DNA of 64,000 nt from Candidatus Latescibacterota bacterium (GTDB lineage Bacteria; Latescibacterota; UBA2968; UBA8231), in the NCBI GenBank assembly GCA_965223905.1, contig CBDCXV010000010.1, forward strand, positions 1-64,000. The letters run 5' to 3'. The notes under the pieces are model-generated. The model had not been told where the DNA came from. It saw nothing but the letters and a program-made list of their open reading frames with translations, and made no database searches. Made by a program: the position numbers and the translations under genes. Within the stretch, counting starts at the first letter, position 1. Each line of letters begins with the position of its first letter. Shown one piece after another: positions 33,162 through 46,205 of this stretch.

Positions 33162-36100
33162 TTACTTCAGCAACAGCATCTTTCTGACCTGCGCGAACTC
33201 TCCCGCCCGCAGGCGATACAGGTAGATCCCTGAAGACACCGCGTGGCCACGGTCGTTGGTCGCGTCCCACGTGAAGGCGTAGCGACCTACGCCCTGATGC
33301 TCGGCCACCAGGGTTCGCACCTTCTGGCCGAGCGAATTGTAAACCACCAACTCCACGTCCGACGCCTGAGGAAGCGCGTATTTGATCGTGGTCTCCGGGT
33401 TGAAGGGGTTCGGGTAGTTGAACCCCAGAGCGTACACCTCCGGCAGCGTCTCCATCTCCACCGGGGCCGGCAAGGCCAAGGCGTTGACGGCAAAGGTACC
33501 GTCGCGGACCTGGCCTTCGGTGACCCTGATGAAGCCGGTTTCGAACTCCCTGAGAGCGCGGAAAACCACATCCACGGCCACCGTGCCTTCCGAGACGGCA
33601 TCCCCGTAGGCGACAATGGCCCGTTTCCCGTCGGCTGCGCCCAGGACCTGCGGTAAGGCCAAGGGGCCCTCGCCGAGGCCGTTGTCGGCTGCCACGGCGC
33701 GGACGACCTCCAGCTCCTCGCCGTTGAACTCGAGCTGGAAACCGTAGCCCTTGAGCAGACCGAAGTCGCTCAGGTGCAGGGTCAGGACGAACTCCTCCCC
33801 GACCTTAGGCATCGGGACACCCCCGTAGAAATCCAGCCGCGTCTGCTCGTTGCGGCCGGCTCGCAGCGGGATCACCTTCCCGGTCGAGGCCGTCTGACGA
33901 CCGAAGTTCTGGGCAAACACCGCCAGTGATTCCCAACCGATCGACTGGTTCGAGGCCAGATCGAAGGCCGGGTCCCACTCGGCATCCGTCGCCGTGAACC
34001 CGTAGTTATCGGCGAAGTGGAAGAAGTCGTCGAACCCGACTGTCCGGTCGGCTCCGAACAGACCGAAGACGTACTTGCCGGTGACATCCACCTCCCGGTT
34101 ACGGATGGCCATAGCCGATTGTTCTTCGGAGGTGGTTTCGTTGTCCTCGTCGAAGGCGGCCACCGTGTAGGTGAAGCGCTCCCCGTTGAGGGCCGTCGTA
34201 TCGACATAGGAGGTTGCGCTCCGTCCGACCGTGTCCAGAAGCGCAAACGCCCCGTCGGCTGGCTGGCGGTAGATGCGATAGCCCGCAACCCCACGGCTCA
34301 TGTCGGAGACCGTCGGACCAATCGCTCCTTCGACCCGGCGGTTCACCAGGCTGTCCGACAACGAGCCTTCCCAGGTCAGGAGAATGCGGCCCCCGTCGTC
34401 GTCGGGCGCGTCGACCGCACGGAACCGACGAACCGCCGACGGCGCGACGTTGTCGACGGCGCGCACCGAACCCGACCTCGTAACCGAGGAGCGCCGAACC
34501 TTCTTCGGGTCCATTTCGGGATCCTCCTCCATGTCGGGATCTTCCTCCTCCATCATGGGCGGCTCCGGCGTGGCGAGAACGATACCCGACGACAGGGTAA
34601 TACTCGACGATCGCCCAACGGTCAGGGGCTCTTCGGGATCGTTGGGCGGCGGGGGCGTCACCGGGGTATCCCCTCCTCCCGAAGTCGGCTCCATTTCGAG
34701 CTCGAGCTCGGCGGCAATCCCCCAGGCGGTGGTGACCGTGTCCAGCGTCGCCACCACGGCGCGGCCCTCCTCAGCTTCCAGATCGGCCGCCACCCGGCCC
34801 CACTCCATTGGCTCGCCGTTGATCGGCGTACGGAAAATGCGGTAGCCGTCCAGGATCGAATGATCCAAGGACAGATCCCACGTCAGCTCGATGAATCCAC
34901 CCTCGTCGCCGGGAAAATCGGCGGAAACCAGCTGATCCGGCGCATCCAGAGGCCGCACGATGACCGTCTCCGACTGGCTCACCGCGCCATCCTCCGAATC
35001 ACGGAAGGTCAGAACCAGCTCCTCGGTCAACAGCGAATCGCTTTCTACCCAGAACCGCCCGGTGCCTGCTTCCAGGTTCACCGGGCCCGAACGGACGCCG
35101 GCCTGGTTGGCCGAAAGCACCACCTCGCGGTCGTCGTCGGCGACGCGGACGTTGCCGTAGCGGTCAAGAAGCGTCACTTCACCCCAATACTGGCGGTTCA
35201 CGGTCAGGGTGTCCGGCAGGCCGTCCACCCGAAGGCCGTGAGGCACCTCCGGGTTGTAGACGATCTTCGGCTCCAGCGCGGCCACCTGCTCTCCGTCCGC
35301 ATCCTGAAGCACCACCGACAAGGTGTCCACCGCTACCGTGTCCTTCAAAACCACGGTGCGCTGCTGATTGTTCGACCAGGACTCGGCATCCAGCCGGGCC
35401 CGGCCTGAACCCTCGTCGGTGACGCCGGTCCCGCTCAGGGTCACCCCCCGGCCTCCGGTCACTTCCAATACATAGGAGGCGACGGTGGCCACCGACACGG
35501 TCAGGGTCACTTCCTGGCCCGCGTCCAGATGCCCGGCCGGGTCCAGACCCAGACTCGACCGCTGGGAGCGGTCCCCGCGCGGCTGCTGCGCACTGGGGCC
35601 GCGCACGTCCCCTTTCAACCCCCCCGCGATCCGGTTGGACGGCTGGGCCTTCCGGGGCGTACCGGTCAACTCCTGTGAAGCCGGACCGTCGCCGTGCTCG
35701 TTGTAGGCGACCACCCGCACCGTGTATTCGGTCTCGTGACTCAGGTCCCCTATGGTATGGATCACCCACGTGAGCGGGCCGGTAGCGGTGTCTTCGCGGG
35801 CCGCGGCATACGACTCCGACCCGGATTTCCACTGCACCTTGTAGCCGCTCAACGAGCCCCGGAAGCCGGCTTTGGCCAGCGACAGCCAGCGGACCTGAAG
35901 CCCGCCATCGGTCGCCTTCAGGCTGACATGCTTCACCTGGGGCGGCGCCGAAACCGCCACAGGCGGTTTCGGGGTCGGTGGCTGAGGAGTCGGTGGCTGA
36001 GGAGTCGGCGGCTGTGGAGTCGGCGGCTGTGGATCGGGCCGCCTGGGCGGCTGCGGATCAGGCCGCGGTGTCGTTGTCGTCCTCGTCGGCGTGCCCATTC

Positions 36101-39100
36101 CCTCCGATGAGGGCGGTCCGTCGATCCCGTTCACGACAGCAATCACCTGCACCGTGTACTCGGTGTCTGCCACCAGATCCGTGATCGTATGACTCGTACG
36201 GGTTCCCACGTCCATTTGGCGGTTGGCCGCGTACTGCTGCGATCCCGACCTCCACTGCACTTTGTATCCGGTGGCTCCCGAGACCGGGTCCCACCTCACC
36301 GCAAGCTGCGTCCGGCCGGGAGTCACCTGCACGTTCGCCACCTGGTCTGGATTGGCCCCCGCCGTGGCGGTGCGTTCGTCCGAGGGCGGTCCTTCCAAAG
36401 CTCCCTTCGTGGCGATCACCCGCACCGTGTACTGGGTGCCTCCCATCAGGTTTGTAATCGTATGCCCCGTGGCGGTCGGCGTGGCTTGGCGGCTTTCCGA
36501 GTACTGCTCCGCCCCCGACTTCCACTGCACTTTGTATCCGTCGGCCCCCGGGACCTCGTCCCACGATACCGTGAGAAGCTCCACATCGTCGGAGGTCACC
36601 CGCACGTTCGCCACCTGGTCCAAACTCGGTGTTCCGAATGCCTCGTCCGACTCCGGGGGGGCCAGCACGCCGGGCAGCATGGCGGTCACCTGAACCGCAT
36701 ACTCGGTGCCTCCCTTCAGATCCTCAATCGTATGCCTCGTACCGGTCACCTCAGCTTTGTCCTCCGTCGCGAAAGTCCCCGGCTCCTCCCTCCACTCCAC
36801 GGTGTATCCGGTAGCCTGGAGAACCGCTTTCCACGATACCGTGAGCTGCCCCACCCCGGGGATCACCTGCAGGTTGGTTACCTGGCCTTCCTGGACCGAC
36901 AACGGCGTACCTCTTACTTCGGCGGAAACCGATCCGTCGCCGCTCGCGTTCGAGGCGAAAACCTGCACCACGTACTCCGCGTTCGTCAGATTCTGAATCC
37001 CATACCTCAAACCGTCTGTCCTGCCTCGGCGGCTAGACGCGTAATCCTGGGACCCCGTCCTCCACTGCACCGTGTATCCCGTAGCCCCGGTGACCTCCTC
37101 CCAGTTCACCGAAAGCTGCCCCGCGCCGGGAGCCACCGTCACGCCCGTAACCTCGCCCGGCTTCGGCCTGCCCGGGACCTCATCGGAGGCCGGGCCGTCG
37201 CCGCCCGTGTTCACGGCGATCACCCGCACCGTGTACTGGGTGTTCGCCTCCAGACTCGGGATCGAATGACTCGTGCCACTCACCGCAGTTTCGCGATCGG
37301 TGGTGTCGTAATCCTGGGACCCGAACTTCCACTGCACTTTGTAGCCATCAGTGGAAGCGACCCCCGTGACCGCGTCCCACATCACGGTGAGGCTCGTGGA
37401 GCTTCCCCCCACCCCGGGGGTCACCGTTACCCCGGTCACCTTGCCCGGTTGCGGGGTACCCATGGCACTTGCTCCGGTATCATCTGAAGGCGCTCCGTCG
37501 CCGCCGTCGTTCGTAGCGGTCACCTGCACCGTGTACTCGATGCCCGCCTCCAGATCCCCAATTTTATACTCCGTATCGGTCGTCGTGCGTTGTTGACCAG
37601 TAGGGTACGTCGTCTGACTCGCCGTCTTCCACTGCACCTTGTAGCTGGCCGCCCCCGGGACCGCGGTCCAGGATACCGTGAGCTCCTCCGAGCCGGACAT
37701 CACGCCCTGTCCCGTTCCAAACGTCACCTGGGCCGGCTTAAGCATTCCGGTGGCTTCGCTCGACCACGGCCCCCCTGGAGGCTTGGCAGCAGAATCGGTC
37801 GCCTGCACCCGCACCATGTACAGGGTGCCCGCTTTCAGATCATCGTCAGCGACAGAAATTGTATGTGTCGTTGTACCGGCTTCCTCCGTTCCTTCGCGAG
37901 TTGTGGCGTACTGCTGAAAGCCCGCTTTCCACTGGATCTTGTAGGCAGCCCCGGGGATTGCTTTCCACGTTACCACGAGCTGAGTCACCTCGGAAGCCAC
38001 CTTCACCTCCGTCACCTGGGCGGGTGTAGTCGCCGTCGGCGTGCCCATGGCCTCCACAAATGCGGTCGGGTCGGCTGTTTCCCCGGACACGGTAGCCTTT
38101 ACCCGCACCGTGTATTTGGTGCCTCCCGTCAGACCCGTGATCACATGCCTCAGCCTGCGGATCCCCGTGGCCTGGGTGGTCGATGACGGCGTTTCGTCGT
38201 AGGAGCCCACTGACTCCTTCCACTGCACCGTGTAGTCAGAGGCCCCCCGGACCCGGTTCCACTGCACCGTGAGCTGCTTGTCGCCCTCAGTCACCCGCAC
38301 GCCCGTCACCTGGTTCGCCTCGGCAGCCGTCGGCCTGCCGGTGGCGTCGGCGGAGGGCTCGCCGTCGACCGAAGCCACCGTAGCGATCACCTGCACCATG
38401 TATTCGGTTGCTCCCGTCAGGCCCCGAATCACATGGCTGATCTCTGTCGTAATGGCCTGGCGGCTGGCCGCGTATTTCTGGTCCCCCGACTTCCACCGCA
38501 CCTTGTAGCTGGTGGCCCCCGTAACCGCGGACCACGATACTGTAAGCTGCTCCGGGCCCTCTACCACACGCTCACCCGTCACCTGGGCCGGCTTCGGCGT
38601 ACCCATAACCCCAGCGGAGGCCGGGCCGTCGCCCCCGTCGCCGGGGTCGGTGTCGTCGCCGCCATCGTTCGTGGCGATCACCCGCACCGTGTACCGGGTG
38701 CCCGCATCCAGACTGGGAATCGTATGGCTCGTAGTGGTCGACGTGGCTTGGCGGTCGGTCGCATCGTAATCCGCGTCCGTCGCCGACTTCCACTGCACTT
38801 TGTATCCATCAGCAGAGGCGACCCCCGGGACTGCGTTCCACATTACCATGAGCTCCCCGGCGCCGGGAGTCACCGTCACGCCCGTCACCCGGCCCGGCTT
38901 CGGCGTGCCCATGACTTCGGCTGATGCCGTGCCCTGGCCGCTCCCGTTCCTGGCGGTCACCCGCACCGTGTACTCGGTGTCCGCATCCAGATTCGGAATC
39001 GTACGGCTCGCACCGGTCGCCGTGGCTCGGCGGCTGGCGGTGTACTCCTCACTTCCCGACTTCCACTCCACTAGGTATCCCGTGGCCCCCGTGACCGCGC

Positions 39101-41878
39101 CCCACTTGACCATGAGCGCACCGACCTCGGAAGTCACCACCACATCATCCTCTGTCCCATCTGCCGCCCCCACCGTGCCCGGCTTCGGCGTGCCTGTGGC
39201 TTGGTTTGAGGACGGGCCGGGTCCGCCGGCGTTCGTGGCGGTCACCCGCACCGTGTGCGGGATACCGTCCAGAGGCGTGTCCTCTGTTGGCGTCGCATCC
39301 CCAATCGTAGTATTCAACCCCGTCACCAGGACTCGGCGGTTCGCCATTCCGTCTTCGTCCCACTCCTGGGACCCCGACTTCCACTGCACTATGTAGCCTT
39401 CCGAGGCAGAGACCCCCGAGACCTCGTTCCACGATACCGTGAGCTGCTGCGGGGCGGTGGGAACCACCACCTGCACGTTCTGCACTTTTGCCGGCTTCGG
39501 CGTGCCTGTGGCTTCGGCTGATGCCGTGCCATCGCCGCTCGCGTTCGTGGCGATCACCCGCACCGTGTACTGGGTGCCCGCCTCCAGATTCGGAATCGTA
39601 TGGTTCGTACCGGCTGGAGTGGCTTGGTTGGTCTCGTTGTAATCGGTATTGGATGGGCTTTGTGCATCCGTCCACTGCACCTTGTAGCTACTGGCCCCGG
39701 TGACCGCGCCCCACTTCACCATGAGCCCCCCGACCTCGGAAGTCACCACCACATTATCCTCATCCCCATCTGCGGCCCCCACCGTGCCCGGCTTCGGCGT
39801 GCCTGTGGCTTCGTTTGAGGCCGGGCCGTCGCCGCCCGCGTTCGTGGCGATCACCCGCACCGTGTACTGGATGCCCTCAAGAGGCGTGTCCGCGTCTGTC
39901 CCCGCCGTCCCATCCCCAAGCGTAGTAGTAATCGGATCCGTCGCTTGGTCCACCAAGACTTGGCGGCTGGCGTCGTACTGCTGAGACCCCGACTGCCACT
40001 GCACCTTGTATCCACCAGTAGAGACGACCCCCTCGAGCCGGTCCCATGATACCGTGAGCTGCTGCGGATTATCGGCTTGAGGAACCACCTTCACGTTCTG
40101 CACCTTGCCCGGCTGCGGCGTGCCTGTGACTCCAGATGAGGCCGGTTCATTATCGACCTCGGGAACGTCAGCCGTCACCGTCACCGTATACGGGGTTCCG
40201 CTCGTCAAACCCGGAATCACGGTACGCGTACGGGTCCTCTCGAATGGACCATCATCCGGCTGGGGGTTCAAGCTCACTGTGTATTTTGTGGCCCCCTGTA
40301 CCGGGTTCCACTCCACGGTGAGTTGCCCCACGCCGGGGGTCACCTTCACCCCCGTCACCTGGTTCTCTGAAGCAGCAGTCGGCGTGCCTGTGGCTTCGCT
40401 GGAGGGCAGGCCGTCGCCGCTCGCGTTGGAGGCGAAAACCCGGACTGAGTACTGGGTGCCTCCCGTCAGATCATAAATCACCATTTCCGAATTGGCCGTA
40501 GTGGCTTGGCGCTGGCGCCGTACAGCTGATCCCCCGACTTCCACTGCACCGTGTATCCCGTAGCCCCATCGACATCATCCCAATTCAAACCGAGCTGCTC
40601 CCTGCCAACTGTCGGCGTCAAGGTGACCACCTGGGCCGGCTTGGGCGTGCCCATGGCCTCAGCGGAGGCCTTGCCGTCGCCGCCGGCGTTCGTGGCCGTT
40701 ACCTGCACCGTGTGCGGGATGCCCTGCAGACCCGTAATCGTATGACTCGTACCGGTCGATGTGACTTGGCGGTCGCCCGTGTTGTAATCCTCCGGCCCGG
40801 ACTTCCACTGCACCTTGTATCCCTCAGTGGCCCCCGTGACCGGGTTCCACGATACCGTGAGCTGCTGCGGCGTTGCGGCAGCCCTCACCCTCACGCCCAT
40901 CACCTGGCCCGGCTTCGGCGTGCCTGTGGCTTCGTCTGAGGCCTCGCCGTCGCCACCCGGGTTCGTGGCGATCACGCGCACCGTGTACAAGGTGCCGGCC
41001 CTCAGGGTTATCGTATGTTCCTCACCGGTCGCCGTGGCTTGGCGGCTCACGTCGTACCGCTCCGCACCGGACTTCCACTGCACTTTGTAGCTACTGGCCC
41101 CCAAGACCTCGGTCCACTCCACCTTGAGCGCCCCCACCTCGGAAGTCACCGTCACATCTGTACCCACCTCGCCCCCCACCTTGCCCGGCTTCGGCGTGCC
41201 CATGGCCTCATCGGAGGCCGGGCCGTCGCCGCCGTCGCCGGCATCGTCGACATCGCCGCCATCGTTCGTGGCGGTCACCTGCACCGTGTACTCGGTGCCC
41301 GCAACCAGATTCGCAATGTCATTACTCGTAGGAAGAGGATCATCATCCACCAGTGTGTTACGGGTACCCGAGGTTTCGCTGTACTTCTCCGTCCCCGACT
41401 TCCACTGCACCCTATAGGCAGTGGCTCCCGGGACCTCGTCCCACGATACCATGAGGCTCATGGCGTTCCCCCCCACGCCGGGAGTCACCGTCACGCCCGT
41501 CACTTTTCCAGGCGCCGGGGTGCCTGGGACCTCCGAGGACATGCGATAGTCGCCGTTTTCGTCCCAAGCGGTCACCTGCACCATAACAGGGTTATCGGGG
41601 TCCGCCTTCAGACCCGGAATCGTATGACTCGTACCGGTCACCCTGGCTTGGCGCTCGGTCTCGCTGTACTGCTCATCCCCCGACTTCCACTGCACCGTGA
41701 ATCTAACGGCCGTCGAAACCGCTTCCCACGATACCTTGAGCGCCCCCACCTCGGAAGTCACGGTCACCATAGGAGCCTCTGGCTGTGCTTGGGCACCCCC
41801 GGGGACAAAGAACATGGCCAGAAAAACGAGCATTCCTGCCCATCTGTATGTGAACGGTGCTTGGTAGCTGGATTTCAT
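33162..41878 (-). CDS. Giant (about 2900 aa) secreted fibronectin type III repeat protein with a cohesin-like domain and FlgD/T9SS-like C-terminal domain; 1-nt frameshift near 40511
   Basis: Signal peptide 'MKSSYQ..GAQAQP'; about 20 'YKVQWKSG..YTVRVIA' repeats; C-terminal 'NYPNPFNPETTIKY..SSGIYLY..RKMLLLK'. Confidence 0.88.
35960..36070 (-). repeat. 15-bp tandem repeats encoding a PTPQP linker
   Basis: GGCTGAGGAGTCGG(T/C) units translating to PDPQPP/PTPQPP. Confidence 0.8.
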
Positions 41879-41977
41879 CGAGATTTCCCCCCCTTGATGG
41901 ATTTTGTTCGCGTTTTCACGCGGTTTTTCCCGGTTTTTGTTGCTAAGGCTTACTTGCGATACGATGCGTTATCGCTA

Positions 41978-43647
41978 CCTGAATCCGTGAAGTCCAGAGC
42001 TTGATTTTCGGTGGTTTTCCGAGGGGAATGTGGGCTATCTTAGAGGAGGATATCCACTCACCTTGGAGGTGAAGAATTGCGACTGGTTTCGTATGAAGTT
42101 ACGCAGGGCGAAGAAGCGCTGACCTCGCATTCGGGCTTGGCCTTGATCGGGGCCTTGATGGGACGCACGCGCTTGGCCGCGCGGGTGGATGAAATCCTCT
42201 TGCCGGAGCGACCCTGCCCCGAGGTTTCTCACGGCGACGTGATGACGTCGATGATCGGCTTGCTGGCGCTGGGCAAGCCGGATTTCGAGGCGGTGGAAGC
42301 GTTTCGCACCGATCCCTTCTTCGCCCAGGCCCTGGGCCTGGATGCGGTGCCGTCGGCGGCCACGCTGCGGCAGCGGCTCGATGGCTTGGGCGCACAGGGG
42401 GAGACCGCCATTCGAGAGGAGTCGGCCGACATGGTGGCCCGTCACGCGCCGCCGCTCACCCCCTGTTACGAAGTCGCCGACGGGCGCTACGGTCCCTGGA
42501 TCGCGCTGGATATCGACGTGTCGGTGTTCGACAACTCCCACACCAAAAAACAAGGGGTGTCGTGGACCTACAAGAAGGTCGACGGCTTTGCCCCGATCTT
42601 CGCCTACCTGGGCGAGGAAGGGTATCTGCTCAACTGCCAGCTGCGCGAAGGCAGTCAGCACTCCCAGGAAGGAGCCCCGGACTTTATTCGAGAGACGCTG
42701 CGGCTGGCGCGCCGCATCACCAAGGAAAAGCTGCTGGTGCGCATGGACAGCGCCCATGACGACATCGCCACCGTACAGCAGTTGCGCCGCACTCCCAAGA
42801 CCGACTTCATCGTCAAACGCAACCTGCGCAGCGAATCGAAACAGACCTGGCTGGAGGACGCCGAAGCCCTGGGCGAGCGCACCTGTCCGCGGCCCGGCAA
42901 GGAGATCTTCACCGGCTCGCTGGTGTGCGAGCGCAAGGACACCTTCGAACGCGTCGTTTACGAGGTCGTGCGGCGCACGATCAGCGTCGACGGTCAGGCG
43001 CTGCTGATCCCCGAAATCGAGGTGCAGACCTGGTGGACCAACCTGATGGCGCCGCCGGCGCACGTGATCCGGCTCTACCGCGAGCACAGCACCTGCGAGC
43101 AATTCCACTCCGAGTTGAAAACGGACCTGGATCTGGAACGCCTGCCGTCGGGCAAGTTCGCCACCAACGCGCTCCTGCTGCTGCTGGCCATGATGGCCTA
43201 CAACGCTCTGCGCCTGTGCGGCCAAATCGGTCTGCGCGAGTCCGGCAATCTGCCCCCCGAAAAGCACGTGGCTTTTCGTAAAAAGGCCGGCCGTCGTCGT
43301 CTCCGCAGCGTCCTTCTCGATCTCATGTACCAAGCGGCCCGCTGGGTCCGGCATGCGCGCCGTTTCGGCCTCAGCTTCGGGTGTTTCAATCCCTGGTTCG
43401 ATGTCTGGAGACGGACCTACCTGCGTGTGTGCACCTGAAGGCGACGATCTCACCCGCACTCGACTCTCCGCCGTACGCAAGGCACCCGTATGCCCGTTCT
43501 TGCGACTCCAGCCGACGTCGAGAGCCACCGACAGCGGCATCAGCCGTAATGGCGAGTCGTTGACACCCAAATCCTCTGTTGAGAAGTGCCTGATCATGCT
43601 AAATATCAAACTTGACCATTTGCTATAGAAGTGATCACGGATTCAGG
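41978..43647 (+). mobile_element. Complete IS1380-family insertion sequence (1670 bp)
   Basis: 13-bp TIR CCTGAATCCGTGA (41978-41990 and 43635-43647) with a 5-bp target duplication CGCTA on both sides. Confidence 0.92.
42077..43438 (+). CDS. IS1380-family DDE transposase
   Basis: 'LDIDVS', 'VRMDSAHD', 'YREHSTCEQFHSELKTD..LPSGKFATN'. Confidence 0.92.
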   Translation: MRLVSYEVTQGEEALTSHSGLALIGALMGRTRLAARVDEILLPERPCPEVSHGDVMTSMIGLLALGKPDFEAVEAFRTDPFFAQALGLDAVPSAATLRQRLDGLGAQGETAIREESADMVARHAPPLTPCYEVADGRYGPWIALDIDVSVFDNSHTKKQGVSWTYKKVDGFAPIFAYLGEEGYLLNCQLREGSQHSQEGAPDFIRETLRLARRITKEKLLVRMDSAHDDIATVQQLRRTPKTDFIVKRNLRSESKQTWLEDAEALGERTCPRPGKEIFTGSLVCERKDTFERVVYEVVRRTISVDGQALLIPEIEVQTWWTNLMAPPAHVIRLYREHSTCEQFHSELKTDLDLERLPSGKFATNALLLLLAMMAYNALRLCGQIGLRESGNLPPEKHVAFRKKAGRRRLRSVLLDLMYQAARWVRHARRFGLSFGCFNPWFDVWRRTYLRVCT

Positions 43648-43764
43648 CGCTAGTAATCCGGGCCCCTGGAGGCGTCCATTTCCGACCCGGGGGACTTGGA
43701 AGGAACCGGGCCGCATGTGGCCAAATAGGCCATTTCCCGGGGGTCAATTCCGGGGGTGGGCAGG

Positions 43765-44560
43765 TCCCATAACTGGCGGGCGTCGGCCTCGGGCACCCTG
43801 GCGTCGATGAAGCTGCCGAAGGCGCGGGGCCCGGGTCGCCAGGTCGGCGCGGGCCAGTTCGGAGAGGTCGACCCGGATCTCGGGCCCGACCTTGGCCTGC
43901 CGTTCGACCTCCAGGCGACGAGGCAACCGGGGGGGGCGTGGACGAAGTGGGCGCCAGCCGTCGCGGGTGTCGACGGCCTCGGGAACGCCGCAAACGGCCA
44001 GCAGGGTCGCCCAGGCGGCGGTGCGCTGGGAAACCAGGGGATCGGGCGGATGGGCGCAGAGGCGTTGCGGTACGCCGTGGACCCCGGAAGGGTCGCGGAG
44101 ATACCACAAGAATGGTCAGGCTGGGAACCTTCCGGAGCTGACGCAGGAACCGAGTTTTGGCCGCTTTACCGTCGCCCTGGCCAGTGACTTCGCTGCTGAG
44201 GTGGGGGCCTCTGGGCGCGAGGCCAGTTCGCCTGATAAGGTTGCCCCCGGGCGGCGGTCGCCCTCTTCAGGGGGATCGCCCCGAGTCCGATTCCCAGGTC
44301 AGGAGAACCTATACCAACCGGCCGCCACGGTGGGCCGGGGCGCCTGTCGGTCGAGGCCGGGTTGGGGCATGTCGACCTGGTAGCACGCCAGGATCGGCCA
44401 AGCGCCTACCACGTCCCATTCGGCGGGCGGCAGCACGAGGCGGCCGTTGACCACCTCCAGGACGTGGAGGGACTCTCCGTTTCTCACCAGGTCGCGGCCG
44501 ATGCGGGCGAGCACCGCCGGGGGTGGATGGCGGCGACGGTGGGGGGCGATTCCACGGGCG
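43765..44560 (-). pseudogene. Degraded phage portal-like gene remnant
   Basis: Fragments 'AVLARIGRDLVRNGESLHVLEV' and 'LSELARADLATRA..SFIDARVPEADARQL' in shifting frames; assigned by resemblance only. Confidence 0.35.
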
Positions 44561-44758
44561 CCCCGGGGCGGGATCAATCGAGGGCCGATCCGACGTTTAC
44601 CGTATGGCCGGGGGGAAGGAAACCGTCGTTTAAGGCGCCGTTCTCGTCAGCGAGATCGTGAGGGCGAAAATTGGAAACAACTTGCGTCGCTCAGACTGCT
44701 TATCCGTCGGGTCGGCTTGTCGGTCGGGCGAAAAAAAGCACTTGACATATACGTCAGG

Positions 44759-44804
44759 ATTTTTGACCCTATGGTGACAATATTTTTGACCCTATGTTGA
44801 CAAT
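44759..44804. repeat. 23-bp tandem direct repeat in an AT-rich intergenic region
   Basis: ATTTTTGACCCTATG(G/T)TGACAAT twice. Confidence 0.85.
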
Positions 44805-45242
44805 GAATTGGTAAATAGTTTGTTTATCGCATCTTATAAAAACCATTTTTTAGCATTTTAAAACCATCAGGTCGCGTTTAACTATACGCTCGCGCACTCC
44901 CGCCCGGGGGGGCGCTACTGTCGCCACAAGTTGGATTTCGGGGCGCTGGATACCGTCGACAGCAAGGTTGACTGGCACCTCTGCGAAAACCGCTGGCGGC
45001 GGTTCGAGACCATGCCTTTTCGGCCCCAATCTTCCAGGGAACTGAACGGTTACCTTTCGAGTTAATAACTTGGGTCGCTTTCACTAAGCGCTGGGGAATG
45101 CCACCATCCCGTACCGGTACTCGGTACGGGAAACAACCCCGGTCCAGGAAGCATGAAATGCACCTTATTTCACCCCATTTTTTCTGTCAGTTGACGGAGT
45201 ACACCTCAGGTCCTCCTAGAGGACAGCTTATCGGCACATTAA

Positions 45243-46184
45243 ATGAGCACCCACGCCGCACCAGTCGCCGTCAAACAAGCGCCGTCGCTCACTGTCTCAA
45301 GTCAGGCCCTCGAGCTCGTCCAGGCCAGCATTTCCGCCAACACCAAGCGGGCTTATACGGCCGCGCTGGCGAGGTTCGACAAAGCGATCGGCGACAACCC
45401 CGTCACCGATACCGTCGTTGCCAACTACCTCGCCGCCCTGTACGATGCCGAGAAGTCGCCGGCGACGTGCTCCCAAGTAGTCGCTGCGCTCAAGTTCCGG
45501 GCCAAGCTGCAGGACCTTCCACCGCCGGTAGGTCCCCGAACCAACCGGGTTCTTGCCGGGATCCGCCGCCAGGGGCGAGGAAGAGGACGAGGGCAGGCGA
45601 CCGGCGTGAACTTCACGCAAGCCGAGGCCGCCGCGGCTATCGCCGCTGGCGAAGGGTCCCTCCAAGGGCTGCGCGATGCGGCGATCATCTCGGTCATGTC
45701 GGACGGCTTGCTGCGCGTCTCCGAGTTGGTAGCCCTCCAGGTCGACGATCTCGCTTTCGAACCGGATGGGGGCCGCGTTACCATCCGCCACTCCAAGACG
45801 GACCAGGAAGGGATCGGAGTCGTGCTCTATCTGGGGCCCCCTACCGTGGCCAGGGTCAAGGCGTGGCTGGAAGCGGCCAAGATTACCTGTGGGCCTCTGT
45901 TTCGCCGCCTCCATCGAGGCGGAAATGTCGGCGGCGAGAAGGAACTAAGCACCCTAAGCGTCCGACAGATCATTAAACGCCGATGCACGGCCGCTGGCGT
46001 AAGGGGGTCGGTTTCGGGTCACTCGCTCCGCGTCGGCGGCGCTGAGTCGCTCGCCGCCGGCGGTGCTTCGATTGCCGAAATGCAGACGGCCGGACGCTGG
46101 CGGTCACCGGCGATGCCAGGTCACTATGCGCGGGGCCAGCTTGCTGTTCGTGGGGCCGTAGCTCGCATCCGCTACCGCAGGTGA
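45243..46184 (+). CDS. Cre-like tyrosine recombinase/integrase
   Basis: Catalytic R ('LLRVSE'), K ('SKTDQ'), HxxR ('HSLR'), W ('GRW') and Y ('HYARG'). Confidence 0.9.
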   Translation: MSTHAAPVAVKQAPSLTVSSQALELVQASISANTKRAYTAALARFDKAIGDNPVTDTVVANYLAALYDAEKSPATCSQVVAALKFRAKLQDLPPPVGPRTNRVLAGIRRQGRGRGRGQATGVNFTQAEAAAAIAAGEGSLQGLRDAAIISVMSDGLLRVSELVALQVDDLAFEPDGGRVTIRHSKTDQEGIGVVLYLGPPTVARVKAWLEAAKITCGPLFRRLHRGGNVGGEKELSTLSVRQIIKRRCTAAGVRGSVSGHSLRVGGAESLAAGGASIAEMQTAGRWRSPAMPGHYARGQLAVRGAVARIRYRR

Positions 46185-46205
46185 ACGGAACCCCGGCAGG
46201 ATATT

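Noticed and set aside
35960-36070. Tandem repeat as a non-coding array
   Set aside because: It is in frame and encodes a Pro-rich linker.
42035-43609. 524-aa minus-strand ORF within the IS
   Set aside because: It is the antisense shadow of the transposase.
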